Part shown: piece after piece, positions 29,775 through 38,619 of the stretch
How the letters are laid out: each line of letters starts with the position of its first letter
Position numbering within the stretch: position 1 is the stretch's first letter
Assembly: GCA_963764165.1 (NCBI GenBank)
Contig: CAVXRD010000001.1
Span: forward strand, 704,001 to 768,000
Direction: 5' to 3'
DNA: 64,000 bases
Source: an uncultured Verrucomicrobiae bacterium
Lineage (GTDB): Bacteria; Verrucomicrobiota; Verrucomicrobiia; Limisphaerales; Palsa-1400
Translations under genes and position numbers: made by a program
The notes under the pieces: model-generated
Told to the model about the DNA's origin: nothing
Databases searched by the model: none
What the model saw: the letters and a program-made list of their open reading frames with translations, nothing else

Positions 29775-30146
29775 TCACGCCTTCTTGGGCGCGGTTTGGC
29801 TGGCCGATTCGATCATCTCCCAGAATTTCGGGTTCGCTTGCAGCGCCTCGTCTTCGCCGGTGGGGAGGCTGGAGCGGTAGAGAAAATCCTTGAGCGTGTT
29901 GCGGCTCAAAATCCGGTGGACGACGACGCCCAATTCGTGGCGCTCGAAGTAAACCCGGTAATCGCCGAGGCGGAAGCGCTGCAGCGTCTTGCCGGCGCGC
30001 TCCAATTTGCCAAAATGATGGGGGTCGCTCTTAAGGACTTCCTTGGGCAGGCCGCGAAATTCGCCCAGGATGTTAAGCTGCAATTCGCGCGGCATCTTCG
30101 CCAGTTCGGCGGCGCTGGTTGGGTTGAATATTATCTGAAATTGCAC
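29775..30146 (-). CDS. RelE/ParE-like domain protein
   Basis: FQIIFNPTSAAELAKMP...GKL...RFRLGDYRVYF fits the RelE fold pattern; GTG start. Confidence 0.7.
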   Translation of the reverse strand: MQFQIIFNPTSAAELAKMPRELQLNILGEFRGLPKEVLKSDPHHFGKLERAGKTLQRFRLGDYRVYFERHELGVVVHRILSRNTLKDFLYRSSLPTGEDEALQANPKFWEMIESASQTAPKKA

Positions 30147-30212
30147 GGTGGCAGTTTAGTTGGATGGTGGAGGAGTGGGAAGTGCAATCTCGCGTCGCGT
30201 CTAGTAAATCTC

Positions 30213-30280
30213 GGCAGGGCGAGGCTGGGGGGCAATCCCATTATTCCCATTTTTGATGGGAGGAATGGGAATTATGGGAG
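30213..30280. repeat. Partial family-A arm plus TCCCAT/ATGGGA inverted low-complexity repeat
   Basis: GGCAGGGCGAGGCT then TCCCATTATTCCCAT...ATGGGAGGAATGGGAATTATGGGA. Confidence 0.55.
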
Positions 30281-30297
30281 TAATGCTACGGATCGCT

Positions 30298-30882
30298 CTA
30301 AGGCTTTGAACTCCGCCGGAGAAAGCGCATGACGGTGTCGCCGTGCTTGAGCTGTTTTCTTTCCTCCCAATCGGGCGGAATGGTCAGCGTGTCGCGTTTG
30401 GTGTGGCCTAGCACAAACAATCCGCCGTCCACCAGCAAGCCGCCCAGCGCGGGTTCATCCAGCAACTTTTGCGCAAACGAACTGGAGCGGCGGCCAACGT
30501 TTTTTTCCCCGTAGGGAGGGTCGGCCAGGATCAAATCAAACGGACGTTTCTCGGCAGCTAGTTGATGAATTGCCGTAAAGGCATCCTGCACGCGGATGCT
30601 CAAGACACTGGAGGGAATCCCCGTTGTCTCCATGTTTTTGCGAATGAAATCGGCGTGCTTGGAGGATTTTTCGATGCAGACCGCCGCCGCCGCGCCGCGG
30701 CTCAAGCATTCCAGGCTCAACGCCCCTGTCCCGGCAAACAGTTCCAGCACGCGCACTCCCACCACCCGTTCGCCGAGGCTGTTGAAAATTGCCTGGCGCA
30801 CCAAATCCGGAGTGGGCCGAACATCGAAACCTTTCGGCGCCTTGAGCAGAATGCCGCCAGCGCTTCCGCCAATAATGCGCAT
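30298..30882 (-). CDS. rsmD: 16S rRNA (guanine(966)-N2)-methyltransferase
   Basis: MRIIGG, VRPTPD, LELFAGTGALSLECLSRGA, ADPPY. Confidence 0.92.
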   Translation of the reverse strand: MRIIGGSAGGILLKAPKGFDVRPTPDLVRQAIFNSLGERVVGVRVLELFAGTGALSLECLSRGAAAAVCIEKSSKHADFIRKNMETTGIPSSVLSIRVQDAFTAIHQLAAEKRPFDLILADPPYGEKNVGRRSSSFAQKLLDEPALGGLLVDGGLFVLGHTKRDTLTIPPDWEERKQLKHGDTVMRFLRRSSKP

Positions 30883-30906
30883 ATATTAGAAGCTAAAATC
30901 GAGATG

Positions 30907-31284
30907 CTAAATTCGTTCGCGGCCGATATAGCCCGCTTCGAGGTCGTGCCAGAATTCGATGTCTTCCTCATCTTTTTCCCAGCACAAAAAAATCTCCCGC
31001 CCGTCCCGCATCGCTGGAAAATCAATGAGGCCGCGGCTCCAATCTTTCAACTGAATTTCCCGCACGCGGAATTCAGACAGCACTGTATGGCAGCGGGCCA
31101 GCGTTTTGATGTATTGATTCACCGCTTCGCCGCCGACATCGTCGCCGTCCGCCATGAGAGCGGTGACGCGTTCTTCGTGGGCTTGGAGCCGTTCCTGGCA
31201 GCCCTCCAATTGAGCCAGCCATTCGCGAATCCGGGGAAGCAGCGCCCGCGCTTCCTCCAACGTGTAATGTTTCGAAAAGTGCAC
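30907..31284 (-). CDS. DUF2203 family protein
   Basis: YTLEEARALLP, LKD...GLIDFP, LCWEKDE...WHDLEAGYIGR. Confidence 0.88.
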   Translation of the reverse strand: MHFSKHYTLEEARALLPRIREWLAQLEGCQERLQAHEERVTALMADGDDVGGEAVNQYIKTLARCHTVLSEFRVREIQLKDWSRGLIDFPAMRDGREIFLCWEKDEEDIEFWHDLEAGYIGRERI

Positions 31285-31287
31285 GCG

Positions 31288-32976
31288 TCAGAGGCTGCCG
31301 GTGGAATACTGCTCCAGCTTCCGTTTAACCTCGTCGTTCGGCTCGATGGAGAAGGATTTTTTCCAAGAGTCGACCGCCTTGTCAACCTCATGCAGGGCAA
31401 GATAAACCTCGCCCAAATGGTCGAAGACGGTGGCGTCGGGCGGCGTGGTGTATTGGATGGCTTTGAGCAATTGCGGGAGTGCCTGGCGCGGCTGGTTCTG
31501 CTTCAAGAGGACCCAGCCAAAGCTGTCAAGAAAAGCGCCGTTGGTCGGCTCCAGGTTAAGCGCTTTCTCGATCAATTCCCGCGCGCGCCCCAATTGCTCG
31601 CCGCGATCCGCCAGCATGTAGCCGAGGTAATTCAACCCTTCCGCGAAATCCGGCGCGAGCGTGACTGACTTCTGCAAATACGTTTCGGCGTTCTTGAAAT
31701 CCTTAGCCCGCTCGCAAGCCGCGCCGAATTGGAAATAAAACCGCTGGTCCAATTTCGAGCGGTCAGAAGCCTCCGCAATCACTTCCGCTTCCTTGAAATG
31801 GGGTATGGCCTGGTCAAATTTCTTCAGGCGCGCATAGGCCACGCCGGAATAAAACTCGAAGCCAAACGTCTTCGCGAAATGCCTTTGTGCCTTGTCCAAT
31901 GTCTCGAACGCTTCGGTGTCACGGTGCAATTCCAGTTGAACGAGCGCCAGGTCGTAATACGCCTGCTCAATCGTCTGATCCCACATCAGCGCGTTGGCAA
32001 AATCCTCCGCCGCCTCCACAAAATTGGTCCCTTCATACGCCAGTTCGCCCAGCACAAACCACGCGCGCGGATAATGATTCGGATTGCCGCTCACCAGCGC
32101 CTGAAGCTGCTTGGTGGCGTTGGTGCGATCATTGGTCTGGATGTAAATGCCGGCGAGTTTCTGGTGAAGCTCATCGCGAATCGGCGACGCATTCGGATTT
32201 TCCTCCAGCAGCCGGTTGAGGATTTCGATGGCCCTGGGCTCCTTGTTGAACCGCGCATAACTATCGGCCAGCCGCTCCCAAAGCCGCGGATTGGTGAAAC
32301 GGCATTGGGCCGCGCGGTCGAGCAAAGCCACGGCGGACGCTTCGGCTTCGGAATCCTTCGGCATCGCTTTCAAATACTCGCCAAAAAGGTCGGCCACCGC
32401 CATCAGGAGATTAGGCTCCGGCCGAATATCGCGGGCGGCCCGGTGAAGCGTTTTGTCCGCTTCGGGCCAATTTTTATCATGGAACAAAACTTCTAATTGA
32501 CAGCCATAACCGTCGAGCATCCCAGGCGCGCGCTGAATGGCCAGCTTGCTTGTCGCCAGCGCCTGGCGGGGGTGATTGGCCGCCAGTTGCACCCGCGAGA
32601 GCCATGACAAAATCACCGCCGAAGCATCGGGACGGGCGGCGGATTTGGTCAGGAGCGCCAAGGCCCGATCGTTTTCCTTTTCCTCCAAAAGCTCTTCGGT
32701 CACCTGGATGACGAGACTCTCATTGGAGGGATCAGCCAAGGCGGATGCCTCCCATTGCCGTGCCATGCCAGCGGGATCAGCGTTGTTCAAATAGGATTCG
32801 CCTGCGGCATAGTGGGCGAACGCGTCTGCGTTGCCAGTGGCAAAAGCAGACGCATGGGCCGGGTCTTTTTGTGAAGACGCCGGCGCCGCCGCGGTGGAAC
32901 GAGGGGGAGTTGTCGCGCAACCCGGCAAGAGCAGCCCGGATAACCCGAAAACAAGGATGAATTGAATTGCCTTCAT
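31288..32976 (-). CDS. TPR-repeat lipoprotein
   Basis: Lipobox LPGC; TPRs ending in LNYLGYMLA and FLDSFGWVL; start could be 32985. Confidence 0.85.
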   Translation of the reverse strand: MKAIQFILVFGLSGLLLPGCATTPPRSTAAAPASSQKDPAHASAFATGNADAFAHYAAGESYLNNADPAGMARQWEASALADPSNESLVIQVTEELLEEKENDRALALLTKSAARPDASAVILSWLSRVQLAANHPRQALATSKLAIQRAPGMLDGYGCQLEVLFHDKNWPEADKTLHRAARDIRPEPNLLMAVADLFGEYLKAMPKDSEAEASAVALLDRAAQCRFTNPRLWERLADSYARFNKEPRAIEILNRLLEENPNASPIRDELHQKLAGIYIQTNDRTNATKQLQALVSGNPNHYPRAWFVLGELAYEGTNFVEAAEDFANALMWDQTIEQAYYDLALVQLELHRDTEAFETLDKAQRHFAKTFGFEFYSGVAYARLKKFDQAIPHFKEAEVIAEASDRSKLDQRFYFQFGAACERAKDFKNAETYLQKSVTLAPDFAEGLNYLGYMLADRGEQLGRARELIEKALNLEPTNGAFLDSFGWVLLKQNQPRQALPQLLKAIQYTTPPDATVFDHLGEVYLALHEVDKAVDSWKKSFSIEPNDEVKRKLEQYSTGSL

Positions 32977-33060
32977 GCGGTCCATGACGGAGTCCAAGAG
33001 AATCCGTTTTCCGCGCGCCGAAGGGGTTGTGAACAACCCTCCAAAACCCACCGACACCAG

Positions 33061-33162
33061 CTATTTCTGCCAGGTGCGTTTTTTGTGCCGATTAGCGCGC
33101 AGCTTTTTGCGGCGTTTATGCTTGTTGATCTTGCTTTTGCGTCGTTTTTTTAGTGATCCCAT
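33061..33162 (-). CDS. AURKAIP1/COX24-domain small basic protein (30S ribosomal protein bS22-like)
   Basis: Manual translation gives [33 protein letters not shown] (33 aa); absent from the ORF track. Confidence 0.88.
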   Translation of the reverse strand: MGSLKKRRKSKINKHKRRKKLRANRHKKRTWQK

Positions 33163-33186
33163 AATTAGTTGTTCATAAATGCCCGG

Positions 33187-34068
33187 TCAATATACCACTT
33201 TGTTCAAAGGATATTCAATAATTCCTTCCGCCCCTGCTGCCTTCAATTGAGGGATTAATTCCCGGACAACCTTTTCGTCAATGATTGTCTCCACAGCCAC
33301 CCAGCCGGTCAAGCTCAGGCTGGAGACAGTTGGGTTCCTCAGCGCGGGCAGGGTTTTCAGGAGACTGTCCAAATTCTCTTGCCGCAAATTCATTTTCAAG
33401 CCGACTTTGCTTTCGGCATCGAGCGCCCCGCGCAGCAGCATGGCAAGTGTCTCGATTTTTTTCCGTTTCCACGGATTCTTCCACGAGTCATGATTGGCGA
33501 TCAGGCGCGGTGTGGAAACCAATAGCGTGTCCACGATGCGCAATTTATTCGCCCGAAGCGACGAGCCGGTCTCGGTGATTTCAACAATCGCATCCACCAA
33601 TTCGTGCGCTTTGACTTCGGTCGCGCCCCAGGAAAACTCCACTTCCGCCTTCACCTTGTGCTGGCGCAGGTAGCGTTTCGTAATGTTGACGACTTCGGTG
33701 GCGATGCGTTTTCCTTGCAGATCCTTCGGCGATTTGATGGGGGAATTTTCCGGCACCGCAAGCACCCAGCGGGCTGGCTGGCTGGTGGCTTTGCTGAATT
33801 GAAATTCGCCGACTTCATGAACCTTGGAGCCGTTCTCGACGATCCAATCGTGGCCGGTCAGGCCGCAGTCAAGATAACCGTGCTGGACGTAGCGGCTGAT
33901 TTCCTGGGCTCGAATGAGCCGAACGGACATCTCTTCGTCGTCAACATACGGCGCGTAGGAACGGCTGCTGACCTGAATGTGGAAGCCCGCCTTGGCCATC
34001 TTGGCCAGGGCGGCATCCTGCAAACTTCCCTTGGGCAATCCCAGTTTCAGCACTTCTTTAGGACTCAT
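33187..34068 (-). CDS. hisG: ATP phosphoribosyltransferase (long form)
   Basis: [28 protein letters not shown] and a C-terminal regulatory domain. Confidence 0.96.
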   Translation of the reverse strand: MSPKEVLKLGLPKGSLQDAALAKMAKAGFHIQVSSRSYAPYVDDEEMSVRLIRAQEISRYVQHGYLDCGLTGHDWIVENGSKVHEVGEFQFSKATSQPARWVLAVPENSPIKSPKDLQGKRIATEVVNITKRYLRQHKVKAEVEFSWGATEVKAHELVDAIVEITETGSSLRANKLRIVDTLLVSTPRLIANHDSWKNPWKRKKIETLAMLLRGALDAESKVGLKMNLRQENLDSLLKTLPALRNPTVSSLSLTGWVAVETIIDEKVVRELIPQLKAAGAEGIIEYPLNKVVY

Positions 34069-34374
34069 GTTGCTTGGCGGAACGCTTGGTCTTGACTCGG
34101 GAGTAAACTTTTCCGGAGGGCTTAACCTTCGTTACCGGCGAGATTGTCCACTTCCGCCGCGGCAAAGCCAACTTTTTCTTTTTCGCTTTCACGGCGAAAA
34201 CATGGCCGTAATTTGCGATTTTGAAAAGTTAACAAAGGATGGGGATCTCAACGCAAGGGCGCAAGGCCCAAGGACGCAGCGCGGCAAAGCCGCAACCAAA
34301 GAACGTGATCCCCTCCGCTGTTCCAGATTCAAATTTCTTTCCTCCGCCCCTTCGAAAATCTAAATTTCCGCCAG

Positions 34375-34881
34375 ATGAGTCATTACTGGTCGATCTTCGT
34401 TAATTTGCTGGCGACGCCTTTTGAGCGCATCAATCTGGTTTGGGGAATCGTGCCGATTTATTTCGCCCTGCTGTTAAACGAAGTGACGTCGAGCAAAGCC
34501 AGTTTCCGCACCGCAGTCCAGACCGGGTTTTGTTTCCTTTGGGCGGGGGCGCAATGGCTCTACCCGAATTTCACGTCCTCAGGTTATCAATCGCATTTGA
34601 TTGAATCCGCGGCGATGCGGCCTGTCAAAATGCTGGTGACGTTCATGGTGATTGTGTTTGGCCTCGTTTCGTTGGTGAGCGGATTGCGCAAAAAATTTCC
34701 GAAGCACGGCCGTTTCCTCGGCCAGACGCGGTTCGCCAATTATTTCATGATCATGATTTTCCCGATGCAAGCCAGCGCCCTGTCGTGGACGTGGGCGCGC
34801 CTCGGGGCCATTCTCATCTTCGCGGCGCCCGTCTGGCTCTTGCTGCATTTCGGGTTGATGCCATTCCGCGGCCCGAAGTAA
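34375..34881 (+). CDS. Hypothetical integral membrane protein
   Basis: 168 aa with about five hydrophobic segments. Confidence 0.7.
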   Translation: MSHYWSIFVNLLATPFERINLVWGIVPIYFALLLNEVTSSKASFRTAVQTGFCFLWAGAQWLYPNFTSSGYQSHLIESAAMRPVKMLVTFMVIVFGLVSLVSGLRKKFPKHGRFLGQTRFANYFMIMIFPMQASALSWTWARLGAILIFAAPVWLLLHFGLMPFRGPK

Positions 34882-34996
34882 AGCAATGTTGGCGAAAATT
34901 CTGCACGACGATTAGTTGTTGCGCGGAGACGGCGAGTGTCTACAATACGCTTCCGTGTTGCGTCAGCATAAACGGAAAACTAACCCTTGCCTTCCT

Positions 34997-36763
34997 ATGG
35001 AAAAATCATCGCTGCATAAAACCGCCCTTGCCCTCGTCATTGCCGCCGGCTTCGCGTGTTTCGCGCCGAAGCCCGCCCTCGCGGCGGACGCCCCTGCCAT
35101 CTCAGCGGACGAAGCCATCGCCCGCATCAAAAAGGAGGGCATGTCCAACTCCCAAGCCATGACCACGCTCAGCTATTTGAGCGATGTCATCGGCGAGCGC
35201 CTCACTGGCTCGCCCAGCCTCAAGCGCGCCAATGAATGGACGAAATCGAAGTTGACCGAGTGGGGCTTGAGCAACGCGCATCTTGAATCGTGGGGGCCGT
35301 TTGGCCGCGGCTGGGAGCTGAAGCATTTTTCCGCGCAAGTCACCGAGCCGCTCGATTATCCGGTGATCGCCTGCCCCAACGCCTGGACGCCAGGCCTGTC
35401 AAAAACATTGAAGGCCGACGTGGTTTACATGGGCAACGTCGGCACCTCCAACCTCGAAAGTTACAAAGGCCAATTGGCTGGCAAAATTGTCCTTATCTCG
35501 CCCATGCGCGAACTCTTCCCCCGCACGGAACCGATCTTCACACGCCAAACGGAAAGCAATCTCACGCGGCTTGCGGAGATGACCGGCAACGCCGACCGTC
35601 CCCAGCGCATCCGGGGCGGGACGAACAGATTCGGTGGCGGCACGAATCGCTTTGGCGGCGGCCCCGGAGGGCGATTCGGCGGCGCGGATCGGATGCGCGG
35701 CCCCCGATTGCTCGCATTCTTGATGAAGGAAAAAGTGGGCCTCGTCATCAGCGAGAGCTCGCAGGGCGACGGCGGGACGATTTTTGTCTCCCAGGCGTCC
35801 GTGCCAAGCACGAATACGAACACAACCGCTGGCTTTGGCCCCGGCCCCGCGGGACCCCGCCCACCCAGTTATTATTCGCTGAACGCGCCTCCCATGCCTC
35901 CACAAATCACGATGGCGGCGGAGGATTACAACCGCCTGGTCCGCATGACGCAATTTGGCGTGACGCCGAAAATGGAAGTCGATCTCAAGGTCAAGTATTA
36001 CACCGATGATCCGATGGCTTACAACACCATCGCCGAAATTCCCGGCACTGATCTGAAGGACCAAATCGTCATGCTCGGCGGGCACATGGATTCCTGGCAA
36101 TCCGGCACCGGCGCCACCGACAACGGCGTCGGGGTCGCTGCAGCGATGGAAGCGGTGCGCATCATCAAAGCGGCCGGTTTGCAGCCGCGCCGCACCATTC
36201 GCATCGCGCTCTGGTCGGGTGAAGAAGAAGGGTTGCTCGGCTCGCGCGCTTATGTCTCGAACCACTTCGGAAACTACGGCACCAACGCGCCGCGCAATCG
36301 TGGTTTCCGCCGCCCGCCGTCCGATGACGATACCAACACCGTCGCGGAACCTCCTCCGCCCAAGCTGATCAAAGGCCCGGAGTTTGATAAGCTTTCGGTT
36401 TACTTCAATCTCGACAATGGCGCTGGAAAAATCCGCGGCATTTACATGCAGGGCGACTCGGCGACCAAGCCAATCTTCACGAAGTGGTTCGAGCCATTCC
36501 ACGAAGACGGCGCGGAAACAATCACGGCCTCCAACACCGGATCGACCGATCACGTTTCGTTCGACGACATCGGATTGCCAGGATTCCAGTTCATCCAGGA
36601 TCCGCTCGATTATTCAACCCGCACGCATCATTCGAATCAGGACGTCTTTGACCGCATTCAAGCGGATGATTTGAAGCAGGCGTCCACCATCATGGCCGCG
36701 TTCGTTTACAATGCCGCGATGATGGACGAGAAATTCCCGCGCAAATCGGCGGAGACGGACTAG
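34997..36763 (+). CDS. Secreted M28-family metallopeptidase (carboxypeptidase Q-like, PA domain)
   Basis: Signal peptide; GERLTGS, GGHMDSW, GATDNG, WSGEEEGLLGS, NLDNG, GSTDH, THHSNQD. Confidence 0.92.
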   Translation: MEKSSLHKTALALVIAAGFACFAPKPALAADAPAISADEAIARIKKEGMSNSQAMTTLSYLSDVIGERLTGSPSLKRANEWTKSKLTEWGLSNAHLESWGPFGRGWELKHFSAQVTEPLDYPVIACPNAWTPGLSKTLKADVVYMGNVGTSNLESYKGQLAGKIVLISPMRELFPRTEPIFTRQTESNLTRLAEMTGNADRPQRIRGGTNRFGGGTNRFGGGPGGRFGGADRMRGPRLLAFLMKEKVGLVISESSQGDGGTIFVSQASVPSTNTNTTAGFGPGPAGPRPPSYYSLNAPPMPPQITMAAEDYNRLVRMTQFGVTPKMEVDLKVKYYTDDPMAYNTIAEIPGTDLKDQIVMLGGHMDSWQSGTGATDNGVGVAAAMEAVRIIKAAGLQPRRTIRIALWSGEEEGLLGSRAYVSNHFGNYGTNAPRNRGFRRPPSDDDTNTVAEPPPPKLIKGPEFDKLSVYFNLDNGAGKIRGIYMQGDSATKPIFTKWFEPFHEDGAETITASNTGSTDHVSFDDIGLPGFQFIQDPLDYSTRTHHSNQDVFDRIQADDLKQASTIMAAFVYNAAMMDEKFPRKSAETD

Positions 36764-36774
36764 GAGTTCATCTC

Positions 36775-36896
36775 GGTGGGGCGAGACTCTTTCGAGCCCC
36801 GACTGGATTTTGGAGGTTTTGCGCAACGGCGTTTATCGTGGTGAGCACGTTAAGCGCCGTAATTCCATTCAGGGCTCTGCAGAGCATCGCCCTGCC
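36775..36896. repeat. REPIN-like inverted repeat, family A (degenerate)
   Basis: GGTGGGGCGAGACTCTTTCGAGCCC ... GGGCTCTGCAGAGCATCGCCCTGCC between convergent genes. Confidence 0.7.
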
Positions 36897-36910
36897 GCGA
36901 AGGGATTGGA

Positions 36911-38086
36911 TTACTTCGCGCGGGCGCGCACGAATTTCTCGATGCGGTCGAGGCCCTTCTCGATGTTCTCCATGCTGGTGGCGTAGCTGAGCCGAATATA
37001 ATCAGGCGCTCCAAAGGCCGAGCCGGGAACCGCCGCAACTTTTTCCTGCTCCAGAAGCTGCGCGCAAAAATCCAGCGAGCCGAGTCCGGTCCCCGAGATG
37101 TTCGGAAACAGATAGAATGCGCCCTTCGCGTTCACGCACGATACGCCGGGCATCGAGTTCAATCGGTTCCACGCGTAGGACCGGCGCCTGGCGAATTCCG
37201 CCAGCCAAAGCGGAAGATGATCCTGCGAGCCATTGAGCGCGGCCACCGCGCCCTTTTGCGAGAACGACACCGGATTGCTCGTGCTGTGGCTTTGAATGGC
37301 GTCGATGGCTTTGGCAATCGGCTCCGGCGCGGCTGTCAAACCTATTCTCCAACCGGTCATCGAGTAGGCCTTGGCCAGGCCATGCACGACAATCGTGTGG
37401 CTGTAATGCTCGGGTGAAAATGCCGCCACGCTGGTGTGCTCCGCGCCATCGTAAACGAGCTTCTCGTAAATTTCGTCGCTCATGATGAGCACGTTCTTCT
37501 CGACGCAAATGTCGCCAAGGGCCTTGATTTCCTCGCGCGTGTAAATGGAGCCGGTTGGGTTGCTCGGAGAATTGAGAATGAACAAGCGCGTGCGCGGCGT
37601 GATGGCGGCCCGCAATTGATCCGGCGTGATTTTGAATTCCGTCTTGTCCGACGTCTCAATGAAAACCGGTGTCGCCTCCGCCAGCCGCGCCATCTCCGGA
37701 TAACTCAGCCAGTAAGGCGCGGGAATGATCACTTCGTCGCCGGGATTGCAGGTGGCGAGGATGACGTTGCAGCAGGAATGCTTGCCACCACAGGAAATAA
37801 TAATTTGCGACGGCTTGTAGGCCAGTCCGTTGTCGCGTTTGAATTTGTCCGCGGCGGCCTGGCGCAATTCCAGAATGCCGCTGCTGGCGGTGTATTTCGT
37901 GAATCCATCGCGCAATGCCTTGATGGCCGCCTCAACAATATGGGCAGGCGTGGCAAAATCCGGTTCCCCCGCGCCGAAGCCAATGACATCCATTCCCTCG
38001 GCCTTCATTTGTTTCGCCTTGGAATCAATGGCGAGGGTGATCGACGGGGTCAGCGCCGCCGCCCGGCGCGAAATTAAATTATTCAT
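36911..38086 (-). CDS. Class I PLP-dependent aminotransferase (aspartate aminotransferase-like)
   Basis: GAGEPDF, NSPSNPTG, SDEIYE, AKAYSMTGWRIG, IRLSYA. Confidence 0.93.
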   Translation of the reverse strand: MNNLISRRAAALTPSITLAIDSKAKQMKAEGMDVIGFGAGEPDFATPAHIVEAAIKALRDGFTKYTASSGILELRQAAADKFKRDNGLAYKPSQIIISCGGKHSCCNVILATCNPGDEVIIPAPYWLSYPEMARLAEATPVFIETSDKTEFKITPDQLRAAITPRTRLFILNSPSNPTGSIYTREEIKALGDICVEKNVLIMSDEIYEKLVYDGAEHTSVAAFSPEHYSHTIVVHGLAKAYSMTGWRIGLTAAPEPIAKAIDAIQSHSTSNPVSFSQKGAVAALNGSQDHLPLWLAEFARRRSYAWNRLNSMPGVSCVNAKGAFYLFPNISGTGLGSLDFCAQLLEQEKVAAVPGSAFGAPDYIRLSYATSMENIEKGLDRIEKFVRARAK

Positions 38087-38209
38087 ATTCAAGCCGAGAA
38101 GAAATAGCGGCCATCTCCATCAAACTTCAAGGGGAATTTGAGCGCTCGGGGAAATCGCAAACTTGGTCTCGCGGCTAAATCAAAAATAAATTACCATTTG
38201 TCGAGCTGC

Positions 38210-38500
38210 ATGGAAAATTCGCAAATTGAAGTCAAGCATGTTCCCGAGGAACAGCGTTTTGAAGTCCGGCTGGAAAGCGAAGTCGGCTTCCTCAGCTACG
38301 CCATTCACGGGGATGAAGTGATGCTCGATCACACTTACGTGCCGGACGCGTGGCGCGGACGCGGCGTGGCAGCGGAGCTGGTGAAGGCGGCGATTACCGA
38401 AGCGCGCCTGCGACAGTGGAAAGTGCGCCCCCGATGCTCCTACATCGCCACCTATTTTCAACGCCATCCCGAATGCGCGGATGTCCTGTCCGCGCGTTAG
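38210..38500 (+). CDS. Small GNAT family N-acetyltransferase (YjdJ-like)
   Basis: HTYVPDAWRGRGVA, VRPRCSYI. Confidence 0.88.
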   Translation: MENSQIEVKHVPEEQRFEVRLESEVGFLSYAIHGDEVMLDHTYVPDAWRGRGVAAELVKAAITEARLRQWKVRPRCSYIATYFQRHPECADVLSAR

Positions 38501-38619
38501 GAGCCATCCTGGAACCGGGGAAAGCTCGGCAGCCTCGCCCGGCCGGGCTTTCCTCGGATCGATGGCGCACAGCGTGAAATTGCCTTCGTATTTGCCAGCC
38601 CTTGCGCTTATTTTCCGTC

